A DNA stretch of 64,000 nucleotides from Deinococcales bacterium. Lineage in GTDB: Bacteria; Deinococcota; Deinococci; Deinococcales; JAAFIG01. Below the pieces are notes generated by a model. It searched no databases. It was not told where the DNA came from and was given only the letters and a program-made list of their open reading frames with translations. Location of the stretch: positions 64,001 to 128,000 of the forward strand of contig JANNVX010000088.1 in the NCBI GenBank assembly GCA_031414595.1, written 5' to 3'. A program made the position numbers and the translations under genes. Below, one piece after another: positions 8,076-18,133 of this stretch; positions within the stretch are counted from its first letter, which is position 1; each line of letters begins with the position of its first letter.

Positions 8076-9193
8076 ATAACTTGGGCTTACGCAGTAAAAT
8101 TCTGGCGGCTTTTCTGGCAGTGATTGCCTCGGCTGGTGTGATTTTGGTCATCACCTTGGAGCTAACTGCGCCAAATTTTTATCGGTCCCATGCTGAGGAG
8201 ATGACCCGCACCATGGGCAAAGATGCCATGACCCCAGTCGAAATTCACGCGCTGCAACACGACCTTGAACGCGGTTTTAATCAGGCTTTAACCCAGTCGC
8301 TGTTATTGGCAGCTTTGGTCACGATTCCGTTGGCTATTTTGGTCAGTGCTTTTGTGAGTCGGCGGATTGTTGCGCCCATTTCAAGTGTTTCAAAAGCCTC
8401 GGCTCGAATTGCCGCAGGAGGCTATCAAGAACGGCTACCGACCACCAGCCAAGACGAGCTTGGACAATTAACCGAAAACTTTAACCGCATGGCAGAGGTT
8501 TTAGAGCAAACTGAAACTCGTCGGATTGAACTGCTTGGCACAGTTGCCCATGAACTCCGCACCCCGCTTTCTGGGTTGCTTGGCTACAGCCAAGGAATGC
8601 TCGATGGAGTCTTTAGTGTTGAACACGCCGCGCCGCGCATCGGTTTGGAAGTCAAACGACTCGAGCGCTTGCTGGACGATTTAAGCGACCTGAGCCGTGT
8701 GGAGGCTGGGGCAGTCCAAATAATAATGCAGCCCGTACAACTCGAGCAGCTTGCTCTTGATTTACACCATCAACTCGAACAGTTGTTTATGAAAAAAAAT
8801 CTAAGCCTACAACTCGAGACCGTTCCAGTCTGTGTTCTAGCCGATGCTGACCGATTGCTGCAAATTGGGCATAACCTGTTATCAAACGCTTTGCGCCACA
8901 CCATCTCTGGAACAGTGACAATCCGTGTTTCAAAAGAAGCCGAGTACGGAATTTTTAGTGTGATTGACACGGGACAAGGGATTGCTGCCACCGATTTACC
9001 GCATATTTTTGAGCGTTTCTACCGCGCCAATAAAGCCCGTTCTCGAGACGATGACAGTGTAGGGGCTGGGGTTGGATTAACGATTGCCAAACACTTGGTC
9101 AAAGCGATGCAGGGGAGTATTGAAGTCAAAAGCCAGTTAAGCCAAGGCTCAACGTTTAGTTTGAAGTTTCAAACGTTCAATGGCTTAACCTAA
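8072..9193 (+). CDS. Sensor histidine kinase (HAMP-HisKA-HATPase)
   Basis: AHELRTPL, NLLSNA, DTGQGI, GVGLTI; His/Met-containing extracytoplasmic loop. Confidence 0.95.
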   Translation: MNNLGLRSKILAAFLAVIASAGVILVITLELTAPNFYRSHAEEMTRTMGKDAMTPVEIHALQHDLERGFNQALTQSLLLAALVTIPLAILVSAFVSRRIVAPISSVSKASARIAAGGYQERLPTTSQDELGQLTENFNRMAEVLEQTETRRIELLGTVAHELRTPLSGLLGYSQGMLDGVFSVEHAAPRIGLEVKRLERLLDDLSDLSRVEAGAVQIIMQPVQLEQLALDLHHQLEQLFMKKNLSLQLETVPVCVLADADRLLQIGHNLLSNALRHTISGTVTIRVSKEAEYGIFSVIDTGQGIAATDLPHIFERFYRANKARSRDDDSVGAGVGLTIAKHLVKAMQGSIEVKSQLSQGSTFSLKFQTFNGLT

Positions 9194-9200
9194 CAGCAGA

Positions 9201-9953
9201 TTATAAGCCTGACGGTAAATGCAAGAACTGCCAAGGTAAGTTAAAAGTATCCTCGAGTTTAATGCTTAGGGCTTTGACCCCAAAGACCTCGGATTCGTAA
9301 TGTCCACAAAAAATGGTGTTAATCCCGTATTCAAAAGCATCGGGAAAATTGGCATGGCTCGGTTCGCCTGTAATAAAGCAGTCCAAGCCCGCTTTAGCCG
9401 CTTGGTCTACAAAGCCTGCCGCGCCGCCACTAATAATCCCAATGCTCGAGACCATCGCGTTTCCGCCAGCGTGAACCAAGCAGATTTCTCCTGTAATTTT
9501 TTGAATCGTATCAGCGAGGTCTTGTAAGCTGAGGGGTACGGGTAACTGCCCCATAAAGCCAAGGCTGAGGTTTTTATCCGCGCCAAAAGGTTCGATATTT
9601 TTCAAGGACAATAATTTTGCCAATTGAATGTTGTTGCCAACTTCGGGGTGAGCGTCCAAAGGTAAATGCGAGACGTACAAATTGAGGTTTCCAGCCACCG
9701 CCGCTTTGACCCGTTTAGCCAGAGGTCCGACAATCGGCTGCACATTTTTCCAGAACCAACCGTGATGGACAATTAGAAAATCTGCCCCAGATTCAACCGC
9801 CGCTTCTATCGTGGCGAGGCTCGAGTCTACTGCACAAGCAATTCGAGTCACAGTCTCAGAACCCTCAAATTGCAAACCATTGAGGCTGCCATCAGGGATT
9901 TTTGCAATCTCGAGGTACGAATCAAGCCATTTCACCAATTCAGAACGCTGCAT
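9201..9953 (-). CDS. Nif3-like dinuclear metal centre protein (YbgI family)
   Basis: NGLQFEG, IVHHG, HLPLDAH, GHYESE. Confidence 0.93.
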   Translation of the reverse strand: MQRSELVKWLDSYLEIAKIPDGSLNGLQFEGSETVTRIACAVDSSLATIEAAVESGADFLIVHHGWFWKNVQPIVGPLAKRVKAAVAGNLNLYVSHLPLDAHPEVGNNIQLAKLLSLKNIEPFGADKNLSLGFMGQLPVPLSLQDLADTIQKITGEICLVHAGGNAMVSSIGIISGGAAGFVDQAAKAGLDCFITGEPSHANFPDAFEYGINTIFCGHYESEVFGVKALSIKLEDTFNLPWQFLHLPSGL

Positions 9954-9970
9954 GAAGGTATTCTAGGGGA

Positions 9971-10047
9971 AAAGGTGAAAAGGTTAAAGGGCGAAGGGCG
10001 AAAGGCGAAAGGCGAAAGGCGAAAGGCGAAAGGCAAAAGGCGAAAGG
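9971..10047 (+). repeat. Heptamer tandem repeat (AAAGGCG)n, about 11 units
   Basis: Read directly in the yvcK-nif3 intergenic region. Confidence 0.9.
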
Positions 10048-11367
10048 TCAATCAAAGTAGAAACTCAAAGGATTACGAATTCGGGATTTGGCGGCATAGG
10101 TCATGATGGCTCGAGCCAAGCGGGTGGCATTGTGTTGGGCTTGACCACCTTTGGAGAGGTTAGTTTGAATCACTTGCACACCGCGCATTCGCACCGCGTC
10201 TATGTCTTGTTTGACAGGTTTAGCACCAACTTTGGCGTATTGGGCTAAGGTGCTGGGGTGAAGACTGGCATTGTTGGTTAAAACGGCATCGGGGGTGCGT
10301 TGTAAGTGCTGAATAATCACATGCAGATGCTCGAGCAGGCTCATGGTATCGGTTTCGCCGGGTTCGGTCATGATATTAGAAATGTAAAGCAGCTTTGCCC
10401 TAGATTTCTTAATCGCAGTTTTTAAGTCTGGTACAAGCAACGTTGGCACTAAACTGGTGTATAAACTGCCCGGTCCAATTAAAATCACTTCGGCATTTTG
10501 AATCGCTTCGATTGCCGCTTTCGGGGCGGTTAAATGATTTGGCTCGAGCAGCATTCGGTCTATTTTTCGGTTCTTTCGCTCCAACCCGAGGGTGCTTTCA
10601 CCGCGTATGGTTGTGCCATCTTCTAAAAGTGCCACCAGCACGGCTGGCTCGAGACTGGCGGGTAGGACTGTGCCACGCACATCAAGGATTTCATTGACCG
10701 CTTGGGTGGCTTGGGCAAAATCTTGACGATGTTCTGCGAGCGTGGCAATCAGTAAATTACCAAAGGTATGACCGCTAATGTCCCCACGGGTAAAACGGTG
10801 GGTCAAGAGTTCTTTTAAGAGCGGGCTGTCAGACAGTGCCGCGTAACAATCGGTTAAATCACCCGGGGCAGGCATCTCGAGACCCACCCGTAAGCGTCCA
10901 CTCGAGCCGCCATCATCGGTGACTGCCACAATTGCCGTGATGTTGCTGGTAAATCCCTTTAAGCCCGTCAGTAAATTGCTTAAGCCCGTGCCACCACCTA
11001 AAGCCACGATTCGTGGACCTCTGGTTAATGCCCTGCGCCGAAAAATAATATCCACGGTTTCTCTTGGACTCGAGCCAACTGCCAAGAGCAAACTGCGGTT
11101 TAAGCCAAGAATACCAATCACTCCAAGCAGCAAGCCACCAAAAAAACCAAGCGCCATAAGACCCCAACGTCCCAAACCAAGATTTTCGGAAATCTCAATT
11201 AAGCGTGCCGTCCAATTGATAAAATTATTGCGTTCAGGACCAACCCGCGCCCAAGCCACAAAAGCCAAGACCAGCGTAATTAGCCCCAGTAAAATCAGCA
11301 CCACAAAGCGTTTGACCCGTAAGCCCGGAATCAGCCAGCGCCAGATGCCAAAAAAATAGCTTTTCAT
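10048..11367 (-). CDS. yvcK: YvcK/GlmR-family UDP-GlcNAc-binding protein with N-terminal membrane segment
   Basis: GGGTGL, DDGGSSGRLR, GPGSLYTS; adjacent to rapZ. Confidence 0.92.
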   Translation of the reverse strand: MKSYFFGIWRWLIPGLRVKRFVVLILLGLITLVLAFVAWARVGPERNNFINWTARLIEISENLGLGRWGLMALGFFGGLLLGVIGILGLNRSLLLAVGSSPRETVDIIFRRRALTRGPRIVALGGGTGLSNLLTGLKGFTSNITAIVAVTDDGGSSGRLRVGLEMPAPGDLTDCYAALSDSPLLKELLTHRFTRGDISGHTFGNLLIATLAEHRQDFAQATQAVNEILDVRGTVLPASLEPAVLVALLEDGTTIRGESTLGLERKNRKIDRMLLEPNHLTAPKAAIEAIQNAEVILIGPGSLYTSLVPTLLVPDLKTAIKKSRAKLLYISNIMTEPGETDTMSLLEHLHVIIQHLQRTPDAVLTNNASLHPSTLAQYAKVGAKPVKQDIDAVRMRGVQVIQTNLSKGGQAQHNATRLARAIMTYAAKSRIRNPLSFYFD

Positions 11368-12209
11368 GCCTCGCCCTCAGCCCGTTCAATATCGCGGTGT
11401 TCGGTTTGTAGGGCGTACTGACTCGAGAAATCCCGTGCTAGACTTTCGATGACGGCGACACTGCGATGGTAGCCTCCGGTGCAACCCACCGCCACACTGT
11501 AATTGGAACGCCCACTGGCTTTGGCACGTTCAAGATTGAGTTTCACAAATTCACGCAATTCATTAAAAAAAGCGGTGCCATCAGCTGTAAAAATATGCTT
11601 TGCAACATCCGGCTCGAGACCACTGCGGTGTTTTAAGCTGGCATCCCAATACGGATTGGGCAAACTGCGGGCATCCACCACCAAATCGGCATCGGTCGGC
11701 GCACCATGCTTAAAACCAAAACTAAAGAGCGTGACCATAAATTTCTGGCTAGGGTCGCCGTACAAATTCCTAAGGCGCTCAATCAAATCTCTGGCTTTTA
11801 AGTTAGAAGTGTCAATCACGGTGTCGGCTCGTTCACGTAAGCCCTCGAGAACCCGTCGTTCCTCACGAAAATCACCCAATAACGTTGGCTCACCAAGCGG
11901 ATGAGCGCGTCGCGTCAAACCATAGCGCCGCACCAGCACATCATCATCAGCATCTAAAAATACCAATTCTGGTTGTACCGAAGTTTGGGTGATTGCAAAC
12001 GCCATCTCGAGGTCAGACAAAAAATGGCGCGTTCGGGCATCTGTGACTACTGCCACTCGCTCTAAACCTCGAGCCGAACAACCCGTAATCAATGCTGTCC
12101 AGAGCATTGGTGGCAAATTATCGGTGATAAAATAACCAAATTCCTCGAGGGCTTGCAGTGCCGTGGTTTTACCCGCCCCACTTCGCCCGGAAACAATCAC
12201 AAAACGCAT
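11364..12209 (-). CDS. rapZ: RNase adapter RapZ (YvcJ)
   Basis: SGRSGAGKT, DNLPP, SFGFKHG, GCTGGYHRSV. Confidence 0.95.
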   Translation of the reverse strand: MRFVIVSGRSGAGKTTALQALEEFGYFITDNLPPMLWTALITGCSARGLERVAVVTDARTRHFLSDLEMAFAITQTSVQPELVFLDADDDVLVRRYGLTRRAHPLGEPTLLGDFREERRVLEGLRERADTVIDTSNLKARDLIERLRNLYGDPSQKFMVTLFSFGFKHGAPTDADLVVDARSLPNPYWDASLKHRSGLEPDVAKHIFTADGTAFFNELREFVKLNLERAKASGRSNYSVAVGCTGGYHRSVAVIESLARDFSSQYALQTEHRDIERAEGEA

Positions 12210-12250
12210 GGAATTAGTGTACTAGGCTTGAATGAAGAAAGTGAACTCGG

Positions 12251-12451
12251 TCAAGCAAAGAGTAATTCATCTATGCGTTCAGATAAATCCCCAATACCGG
12301 ATGCTCCAAGCCCAACCCAAGAGCGTTGTGGCTTTGTGATGGTTAATGCTTGTGCCAAAAGCTCCTCGAGCATTTTCTGTTCGGTTTTGCCATGCACCAA
12401 TGAGGCATCTTTAAGTTTTTGTTCGAGGTGTGTTGGTACGTGCAAAGCCAT
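12251..12451 (-). CDS. VapB/CopG-like antitoxin, no adjacent PIN toxin
   Basis: RHH-like N-terminus; C-terminal GLGASGIGDLSERIDELL. Confidence 0.6.
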   Translation of the reverse strand: MALHVPTHLEQKLKDASLVHGKTEQKMLEELLAQALTITKPQRSWVGLGASGIGDLSERIDELLFA

Positions 12452-12528
12452 ACTTGGGAATGTACATCAAAAAATATGGATTCTCGAGCAATCTAATCTG
12501 GCATTATATCTGGTATTTCGGCAATAGT

Positions 12529-12753
12529 TTAAGCAGCTTTTGCAGTTGATCGAGCTTTGGCTTTGAACCATAGCTCAACTCGAGGCAGACTGAAGGCAAG
12601 TGCTTCGTCAATGAGTTTATCGAGGTAAATTGTTGTTGCCATCGAAAAACCCATTGAGCCATCGGATAAAACTCTTTCAACAGGCACATCATGCACTACT
12701 ACAACTCGTTTAGAACGCTTTTGTACATATTCAAATTTTGTTTTCATGCTCAC
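12529..12753 (-). CDS. YgiT/MqsA-like putative antitoxin lacking zinc-finger cysteines
   Basis: VVVVHDVPVE motif; coupled to the DUF4258 gene. Confidence 0.55.
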   Translation of the reverse strand: MSMKTKFEYVQKRSKRVVVVHDVPVERVLSDGSMGFSMATTIYLDKLIDEALAFSLPRVELWFKAKARSTAKAA

Positions 12754-13127
12754 CTCGAGTTGCGCTTGATTTTTGTAACGGCATGAACTGTGACCACATA
12801 GTACCCGCTATCCCATGAAACTTTCACGCGAATTTTACGCGAACCACCTGCACGACCCTCAAAATTTACACCGATCTGACGTGTTTGTAAAATAGATAAG
12901 TCTTTACTGATTGGCACACCATTTTCGATAGCCGAAAAAATTTGCAAAGCAGTGATGGCATCGTCTTTTGCGGCGGCTAAAGCGTGTTCTGATACGATGA
13001 GTTTGCCATGTTGAAGCGCATCACGAATATGAAAAATTTCAGCAGGGGTGACATATTCAACGGTTAAATCGAAGGCTTGCTCGAGCGATGAAGGTGGCAT
13101 TTTGAGTTGTTTGATGTTGTCTGTCAT
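12750..13127 (-). CDS. DUF4258-family putative toxin
   Basis: SEHALAAAKDDAIT...AIENG...IRVKVSW...VVTVH. Confidence 0.65.
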   Translation of the reverse strand: MTDNIKQLKMPPSSLEQAFDLTVEYVTPAEIFHIRDALQHGKLIVSEHALAAAKDDAITALQIFSAIENGVPISKDLSILQTRQIGVNFEGRAGGSRKIRVKVSWDSGYYVVTVHAVTKIKRNSR

Positions 13128-13142
13128 ATTTTTGACTCGAGG

Positions 13143-14015
13143 CTAACGTTCGCCGCGTAAGTATGGTCTTCCCAAACTTTCGGGTGCAGCCCCTTGTTGT
13201 CCTCTTGCGCCAGCCAATGCCAGCACCACAACCACCAGCAAATACGGCATCGCTGCAAAAACCTCGGAAGGAATTGGTACTTTGCCTTGTAGCGCAAATT
13301 GCAGGTAGTACAACAGCCCAAAGAAAAACGAACCAGCAATGGCGCGTAACGGACTCCAACCCACAAAAATCACCAGTGCCACCGCCACCCAACCTAAGCC
13401 AACCGTCATGCCATCAGTCCAAGATGGTCTCGAGGCAATGCTTAAAAATGCCCCTGCTGCCCCTGCCATTGCCCCGCCAAATGCCACGGCAGCGTAGCGC
13501 ACCAAGGCGACGTTCATGCCCAGCACATCGGCGGCAGCAGGGTTCTCGCCAATTGAGCGAAGCATTAGCCCAAGGTGTGTGGCATACAGTAAAAACGCCA
13601 GCAGCAACGCCAATACAACAGCCGCAATGGTAAATACCCATTCAGGAGCTTGATTAAAAAGTGGCATTCCTTCAAAGCGTTTACCGAGTAAACCACTAAT
13701 ACCAAGCCCAAGCATCGTTAATGCCAAACCAGAAACAAATTGATTGGCGCGTAAGGTAATCGTCACAAAGGCATGAACCATGGAGGCAAACGCCCCAACG
13801 CTCATGGCTGCCAGCACCGCCAGAATCAGACTGCCGTTGCCAGTACCGTCACCGAATACAGTAGCAAAACCCGCCAATGCCCCAAGAATCATCATCCCTT
13901 CAACCCCAAGGTTGACTACCCCAGCCCGTTCGTTGATAATTGCGCCTAAACTTGCCAGTAAAAGCGGTGTGCCGAACGATAATGCCCGTAAAACCGCCCC
14001 CAGAATCTCATCCAT
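13143..14015 (-). CDS. Nucleoside/purine ABC transporter permease
   Basis: ERAGVVNLGVEG, GENPAAADVLG. Confidence 0.9.
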   Translation of the reverse strand: MDEILGAVLRALSFGTPLLLASLGAIINERAGVVNLGVEGMMILGALAGFATVFGDGTGNGSLILAVLAAMSVGAFASMVHAFVTITLRANQFVSGLALTMLGLGISGLLGKRFEGMPLFNQAPEWVFTIAAVVLALLLAFLLYATHLGLMLRSIGENPAAADVLGMNVALVRYAAVAFGGAMAGAAGAFLSIASRPSWTDGMTVGLGWVAVALVIFVGWSPLRAIAGSFFFGLLYYLQFALQGKVPIPSEVFAAMPYLLVVVVLALAGARGQQGAAPESLGRPYLRGER

Positions 14016-15070
14016 TATTTCCCCCATTTGATGCGGTTACTGACAAAAATTTCTGAGGCGATGAGGGATAAAAGCATCACCCCGCTAAAGACATCCACCA
14101 CCCGAAAAGGCATGTTCAAGACAATTTTTAGTAAATCTCCACCCGCCAAAATAATCCCCATAAACGGCGCAGTCACCAGCACCAAAATCGGATGCCCTCG
14201 AGCTAACCACGCCACAATAATCGCTGTAAAACCATAACCCAAAGAAATCTGGGCTGGCTCGAGCAGGCGGTGATGAATCGCACTGACTTCGCCAGCCCCA
14301 GCGATTCCCGCTAAACCACCGGTAATCATTGCCATAATCGTCACGATTCTTGGCACAGAAATACCTGTGTATCTGGCAGCCCCAGCGTTTTCGCCAACCA
14401 CCCGCAATTCAAACCCAAGGGTGGTTTTTGAGAGCAGAATTTGTAAGGCAACAGCCGCAATAATTCCAAGAATTAAAGTTGGATAATGCACCAATGTGCC
14501 GCCGATTAAGGGCATCTGGGCAAAATTCGGGAATTCATCGGTGTAAATAAATCCACGGACATTTTTGCCTTTCCACGGTCCTGCAATTAAGTACAGCACC
14601 AAGTAATACGCCACATAATTGAGCATTAAGGTGGATAAAATTTCATTGACCGAAAAGCGTTGTCGTAACCACGCTGCCAAAAGCGCTCCTAGTCCGCCAC
14701 CAATTGCGCCCATGACCAACATGACTGGAATACTCAGCACCCCAAGTGGAAAAAAAAGTGGGATGATGGCTGCAAAAATCGCCCCAAGCAGCATTTGTCC
14801 TTCTGCCCCGATATTAAAAAACTGCGCTCTGAATGCCAAGGTCAAACCCACACCAATCAACAGCAAAGGAATGGTTCGTCGAGCCACCTCAGCCAGTCCT
14901 TGGGCTTCAAACAGTGTCCCCGAAATCATAATTCGGTAGACTTCTAGTGGATTACTGCCATAAGCTGCAAAAAGAAAAGCGGTAACGATGGCTGCAAATA
15001 AGATTGCGCCAAGTGAAACCCAAGCAGCCCGAAACCGATTTGGATTTAGAATTGGAATAAAACGAATCAT
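14015..15070 (-). CDS. Nucleoside/purine ABC transporter permease
   Basis: FNIGAEGQ, NEILSTLMLNY, GYGFTAIIVAWL. Confidence 0.9.
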   Translation of the reverse strand: MIRFIPILNPNRFRAAWVSLGAILFAAIVTAFLFAAYGSNPLEVYRIMISGTLFEAQGLAEVARRTIPLLLIGVGLTLAFRAQFFNIGAEGQMLLGAIFAAIIPLFFPLGVLSIPVMLVMGAIGGGLGALLAAWLRQRFSVNEILSTLMLNYVAYYLVLYLIAGPWKGKNVRGFIYTDEFPNFAQMPLIGGTLVHYPTLILGIIAAVALQILLSKTTLGFELRVVGENAGAARYTGISVPRIVTIMAMITGGLAGIAGAGEVSAIHHRLLEPAQISLGYGFTAIIVAWLARGHPILVLVTAPFMGIILAGGDLLKIVLNMPFRVVDVFSGVMLLSLIASEIFVSNRIKWGK

Positions 15071-16566
15071 GCCTCACCACCTGTCATGTACAAACCAATT
15101 TGTTCCCTCGAGATTTGGCTCACTTCAAAAGGACCCTTAAGTTCATCGTGGTACAAAATAGCAATTTTATCGGATAAGGAGAGCAGTTCTTCCAGGTCTT
15201 CGGAAACCAACAACACACACGCCCCAGCCTTGGTGCGCTCGAGTAAAACCTGATGCACTTGGTCGGTTGCGCCAATGTCTAAACCATATGTTGGATGCAC
15301 CGCCAGAATCAGCTTGGCGTTTTTGCCCAGTTCACGCGCCAGAATCACTTTTTGGATATTCCCACCAGATAGTAATCTCGAGGGTGTACTGCTGCTTGGG
15401 GTGGCTACGGCGTACTCGAGAATTTTGTTTTGGGCATTTTCTTCTAAGGCATTAAAATCGCGCATTAAACCGTTTGCCAGTGGTTTAGCCGCGTATTCAC
15501 GCAACGCCAGATTATCCGAAACGGTCATGCTCGGGATTGTTCCCATACGAATTCGGTCTTCGGGAATATGCGCCACCCCAGCCGCAAAGAGCTTGGCGGG
15601 GTTTGGCTCGAGTTCTTGCCCAGCCAGTAAAATTGACCCCGAAGTTTTAGGATGTAAGCCCGCCAGAATTTCAATCAGTTCCGATTGCCCGTTGCCAGCC
15701 ACACCAGCCACACCAATCACTTCGCCTTGATGCAGGGTCAACGAAACGTTTTTAAGTCCCTCAAAACCACGGCTATTTTTGGCGCAGAGGTTTTTGACCA
15801 CCAGCATCGGTTCGCCAAGGGTGGCTGTTTGGCGTTTGCGGGTAAAGTCCACATTGCGCCCAACCATTAACTCGGCAAGTTTGGCTTTGCTGGCATCTGA
15901 AGTTTTTAAGCCTCCCACGACCTTGCCGCGCCGCAGTACCGTTACCCTGTCAGTAATCGCTAAGACCTCCTCGAGTTTATGCGAAATAAAAATCAGCGAT
16001 TTCCCAGCTTCGCGTAAGCCGCGCATCACCCGAAAAAGTGCCTCGGCTTCTTGAGGGGTAAGAACACTGGTTGGTTCATCGAGAATCAGCACTCGAGCGC
16101 CGCCAAGTAATGCCCGCAAAATCTCGACCCGTTGTTTTTCGCCGGGCGATAACTGATTGATTTTGGCGTTCGGATCAATTGTTAGCCCGTACTGGGCTGC
16201 CAATTCTTTAATCCGTGGTGTGATGCGACCTGCTGGAAAAAAACCGCCCAAACCCAAAGCCAAATTCTCGCTCACCGAATGGCGATTGACCAGCACTGGA
16301 TGTTGCGGCACAAGTCCTATTCCCAGTTTAAGCGCATGACTTGGCGAGGCAATCTGGACAGGTTTACCCTCGAGTAAAATCTGCCCTTCGTCGGGACGGT
16401 ACAAGCCGTACAAAATACTGATTAAGGTACTTTTGCCAGCGCCATTTTCACCGAGCAGTGCCAGAACTTCGCCGCTATGAACCTCTAAGCTCACTTGGTC
16501 ATTGGCAACCACTCCGGGGAAACGCTTGGTAATGCCACGCAACTCGAGAAACGGCGCATTAGACAT
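15067..16566 (-). CDS. Nucleoside/purine ABC transporter ATP-binding protein (two NBDs)
   Basis: GENGAGKST, LSPGEKQR, LSGGNIQK. Confidence 0.93.
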   Translation of the reverse strand: MSNAPFLELRGITKRFPGVVANDQVSLEVHSGEVLALLGENGAGKSTLISILYGLYRPDEGQILLEGKPVQIASPSHALKLGIGLVPQHPVLVNRHSVSENLALGLGGFFPAGRITPRIKELAAQYGLTIDPNAKINQLSPGEKQRVEILRALLGGARVLILDEPTSVLTPQEAEALFRVMRGLREAGKSLIFISHKLEEVLAITDRVTVLRRGKVVGGLKTSDASKAKLAELMVGRNVDFTRKRQTATLGEPMLVVKNLCAKNSRGFEGLKNVSLTLHQGEVIGVAGVAGNGQSELIEILAGLHPKTSGSILLAGQELEPNPAKLFAAGVAHIPEDRIRMGTIPSMTVSDNLALREYAAKPLANGLMRDFNALEENAQNKILEYAVATPSSSTPSRLLSGGNIQKVILARELGKNAKLILAVHPTYGLDIGATDQVHQVLLERTKAGACVLLVSEDLEELLSLSDKIAILYHDELKGPFEVSQISREQIGLYMTGGEA

Positions 16567-17380
16567 AATTCACCACCTTGGCAGACTTGGGCTTTTCTAG
16601 GTAAGTCATTAATTGCGCTGCCACAGCAAGGGCAATTGCTTCGGGGGTCTTACTTTGAATTTGCGGTAAGCCAATCGGGGTTGTCACCCGTTCTACATTG
16701 TTAAACCCAGACTCGAGTAATTTTTTCTTAAAACGTTGCCATTTGGTTGCCGAGCCAATCAAGCCAAGAAAACCAAGGTCATCTCGAGCCAAAGCAGCTT
16801 TTAGCACATACAAATCCTCGGCATGGTCATGGGTCATGATGACCAGATGACAACCTGTTGGTAAATCCTGCACCACCCCATCTAAGACTGGCATCGAATG
16901 CACACTCACTCGAGCCACGCTTGAATTTAGGGGCATTAAGCGCGTCGGACTTAACATCTCGGCTCGAGAATCCACCAACCACAAATCTATTGCTAAAATA
17001 CTCAGCACCTTTGCCAGTGCAAAACCAACATGCCCGACACCAAAAATCGACACACTGGCTCGAGACATCGGCACAGGTTCAAACAATAACTCAACTTCGC
17101 CACCACAGCACTGTACCCCAAATAAACTCTGTTCATGGGTCAGGCGCAGAGTTTGGCGCAGTAAGCCTGATGCACCATTTTTCAACATCCCTCGAGCCAT
17201 TTCTATTGCCACTGCCTCGAGATTCCCACCGCCGATGGTTTCAAAAGTCTTTTCGGCAGTCACCAACATCTTTGTACCCATCTCACGTGGCGCATGACCC
17301 CGCACCGCCAACAATGTCACCAGCACCACGGGGGTTTTGGTGCTTTTAAGTTCTAGCAGATGCTCGAGCCACAAATTCAT
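16559..17380 (-). CDS. xdhC: Xanthine dehydrogenase accessory protein XdhC
   Basis: GHAPRE, TIGGGNLE, QCCGG, MTHDHAED, GLIGSATK. Confidence 0.92.
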   Translation of the reverse strand: MNLWLEHLLELKSTKTPVVLVTLLAVRGHAPREMGTKMLVTAEKTFETIGGGNLEAVAIEMARGMLKNGASGLLRQTLRLTHEQSLFGVQCCGGEVELLFEPVPMSRASVSIFGVGHVGFALAKVLSILAIDLWLVDSRAEMLSPTRLMPLNSSVARVSVHSMPVLDGVVQDLPTGCHLVIMTHDHAEDLYVLKAALARDDLGFLGLIGSATKWQRFKKKLLESGFNNVERVTTPIGLPQIQSKTPEAIALAVAAQLMTYLEKPKSAKVVNYV

Positions 17381-17512
17381 TGGGCTTAAAGTATCAAATT
17401 GCGACTTGTAAAGGCAACAATTTTTGAATTCACATCAATCGTGCGATTTTCATTAAGGGCGGTCAATGACACCAAAACGTTTTCTCGAGAACACAACCGA
17501 GTACAATTAACC

Positions 17513-18019
17513 ATGACCATAGAAGAAATCAATCAGTTATCCTTAAGCCAATTCCAAGCCTATTTTCAAGGGGTTCTCGAGCATTCACCAGATTATGCGA
17601 CTCGAGTTGCCCAGCAGCGCCCATTCACAGATTTTACTGCCCTTTTCACAGCCTTCAAATCGGCGATTCTCCAAGATGACCAAGATGCACAACTTAGACT
17701 GATTCGCGCTCATCCGGACTTAGCGGGTAAAGCCGCGATTGCTGGTGAACTGACCCAAGAATCGGCAAATGAACAAAAAAGTGCTGGACTTGACCGCTTA
17801 ACTCGCGAAGAATTTGCTGAATTTACCAGAATCAACACCGCGTACCACAAAAAGTTTTTGATACCCTATATTGTTTGTGTCCGCGAACACAGCAAAGAAA
17901 GCATCTTAGCAAGTGCAGTCCAACGCTTAGATCATACACCAGCCGAAGAAATACAAAAAGCACTCGAGGAAATCAGTAAAATTGTGCGCTTACGTTTACT
18001 GGACTTGGTGTTGGATTAA
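17513..18019 (+). CDS. uraD: OHCU decarboxylase
   Basis: LEHSP, LIRAHPDLAG, SANEQKSAGL. Confidence 0.92.
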   Translation: MTIEEINQLSLSQFQAYFQGVLEHSPDYATRVAQQRPFTDFTALFTAFKSAILQDDQDAQLRLIRAHPDLAGKAAIAGELTQESANEQKSAGLDRLTREEFAEFTRINTAYHKKFLIPYIVCVREHSKESILASAVQRLDHTPAEEIQKALEEISKIVRLRLLDLVLD

Positions 18020-18133
18020 AGACTTTGGAACTTTGCAACTCAAAAGCACGTATTTCCTAGCATCTGCGACTTTGGACGCATGACAGATTTTGCGCCACAA
18101 ATTAGACTTTGTTCAGTCTTACTAGGAGGACAT

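Noticed and set aside
9870-10106. 78-aa Lys/Arg-rich ORF
   Set aside because: It is the translation of the heptamer repeat and overlaps two real genes on the opposite strand.
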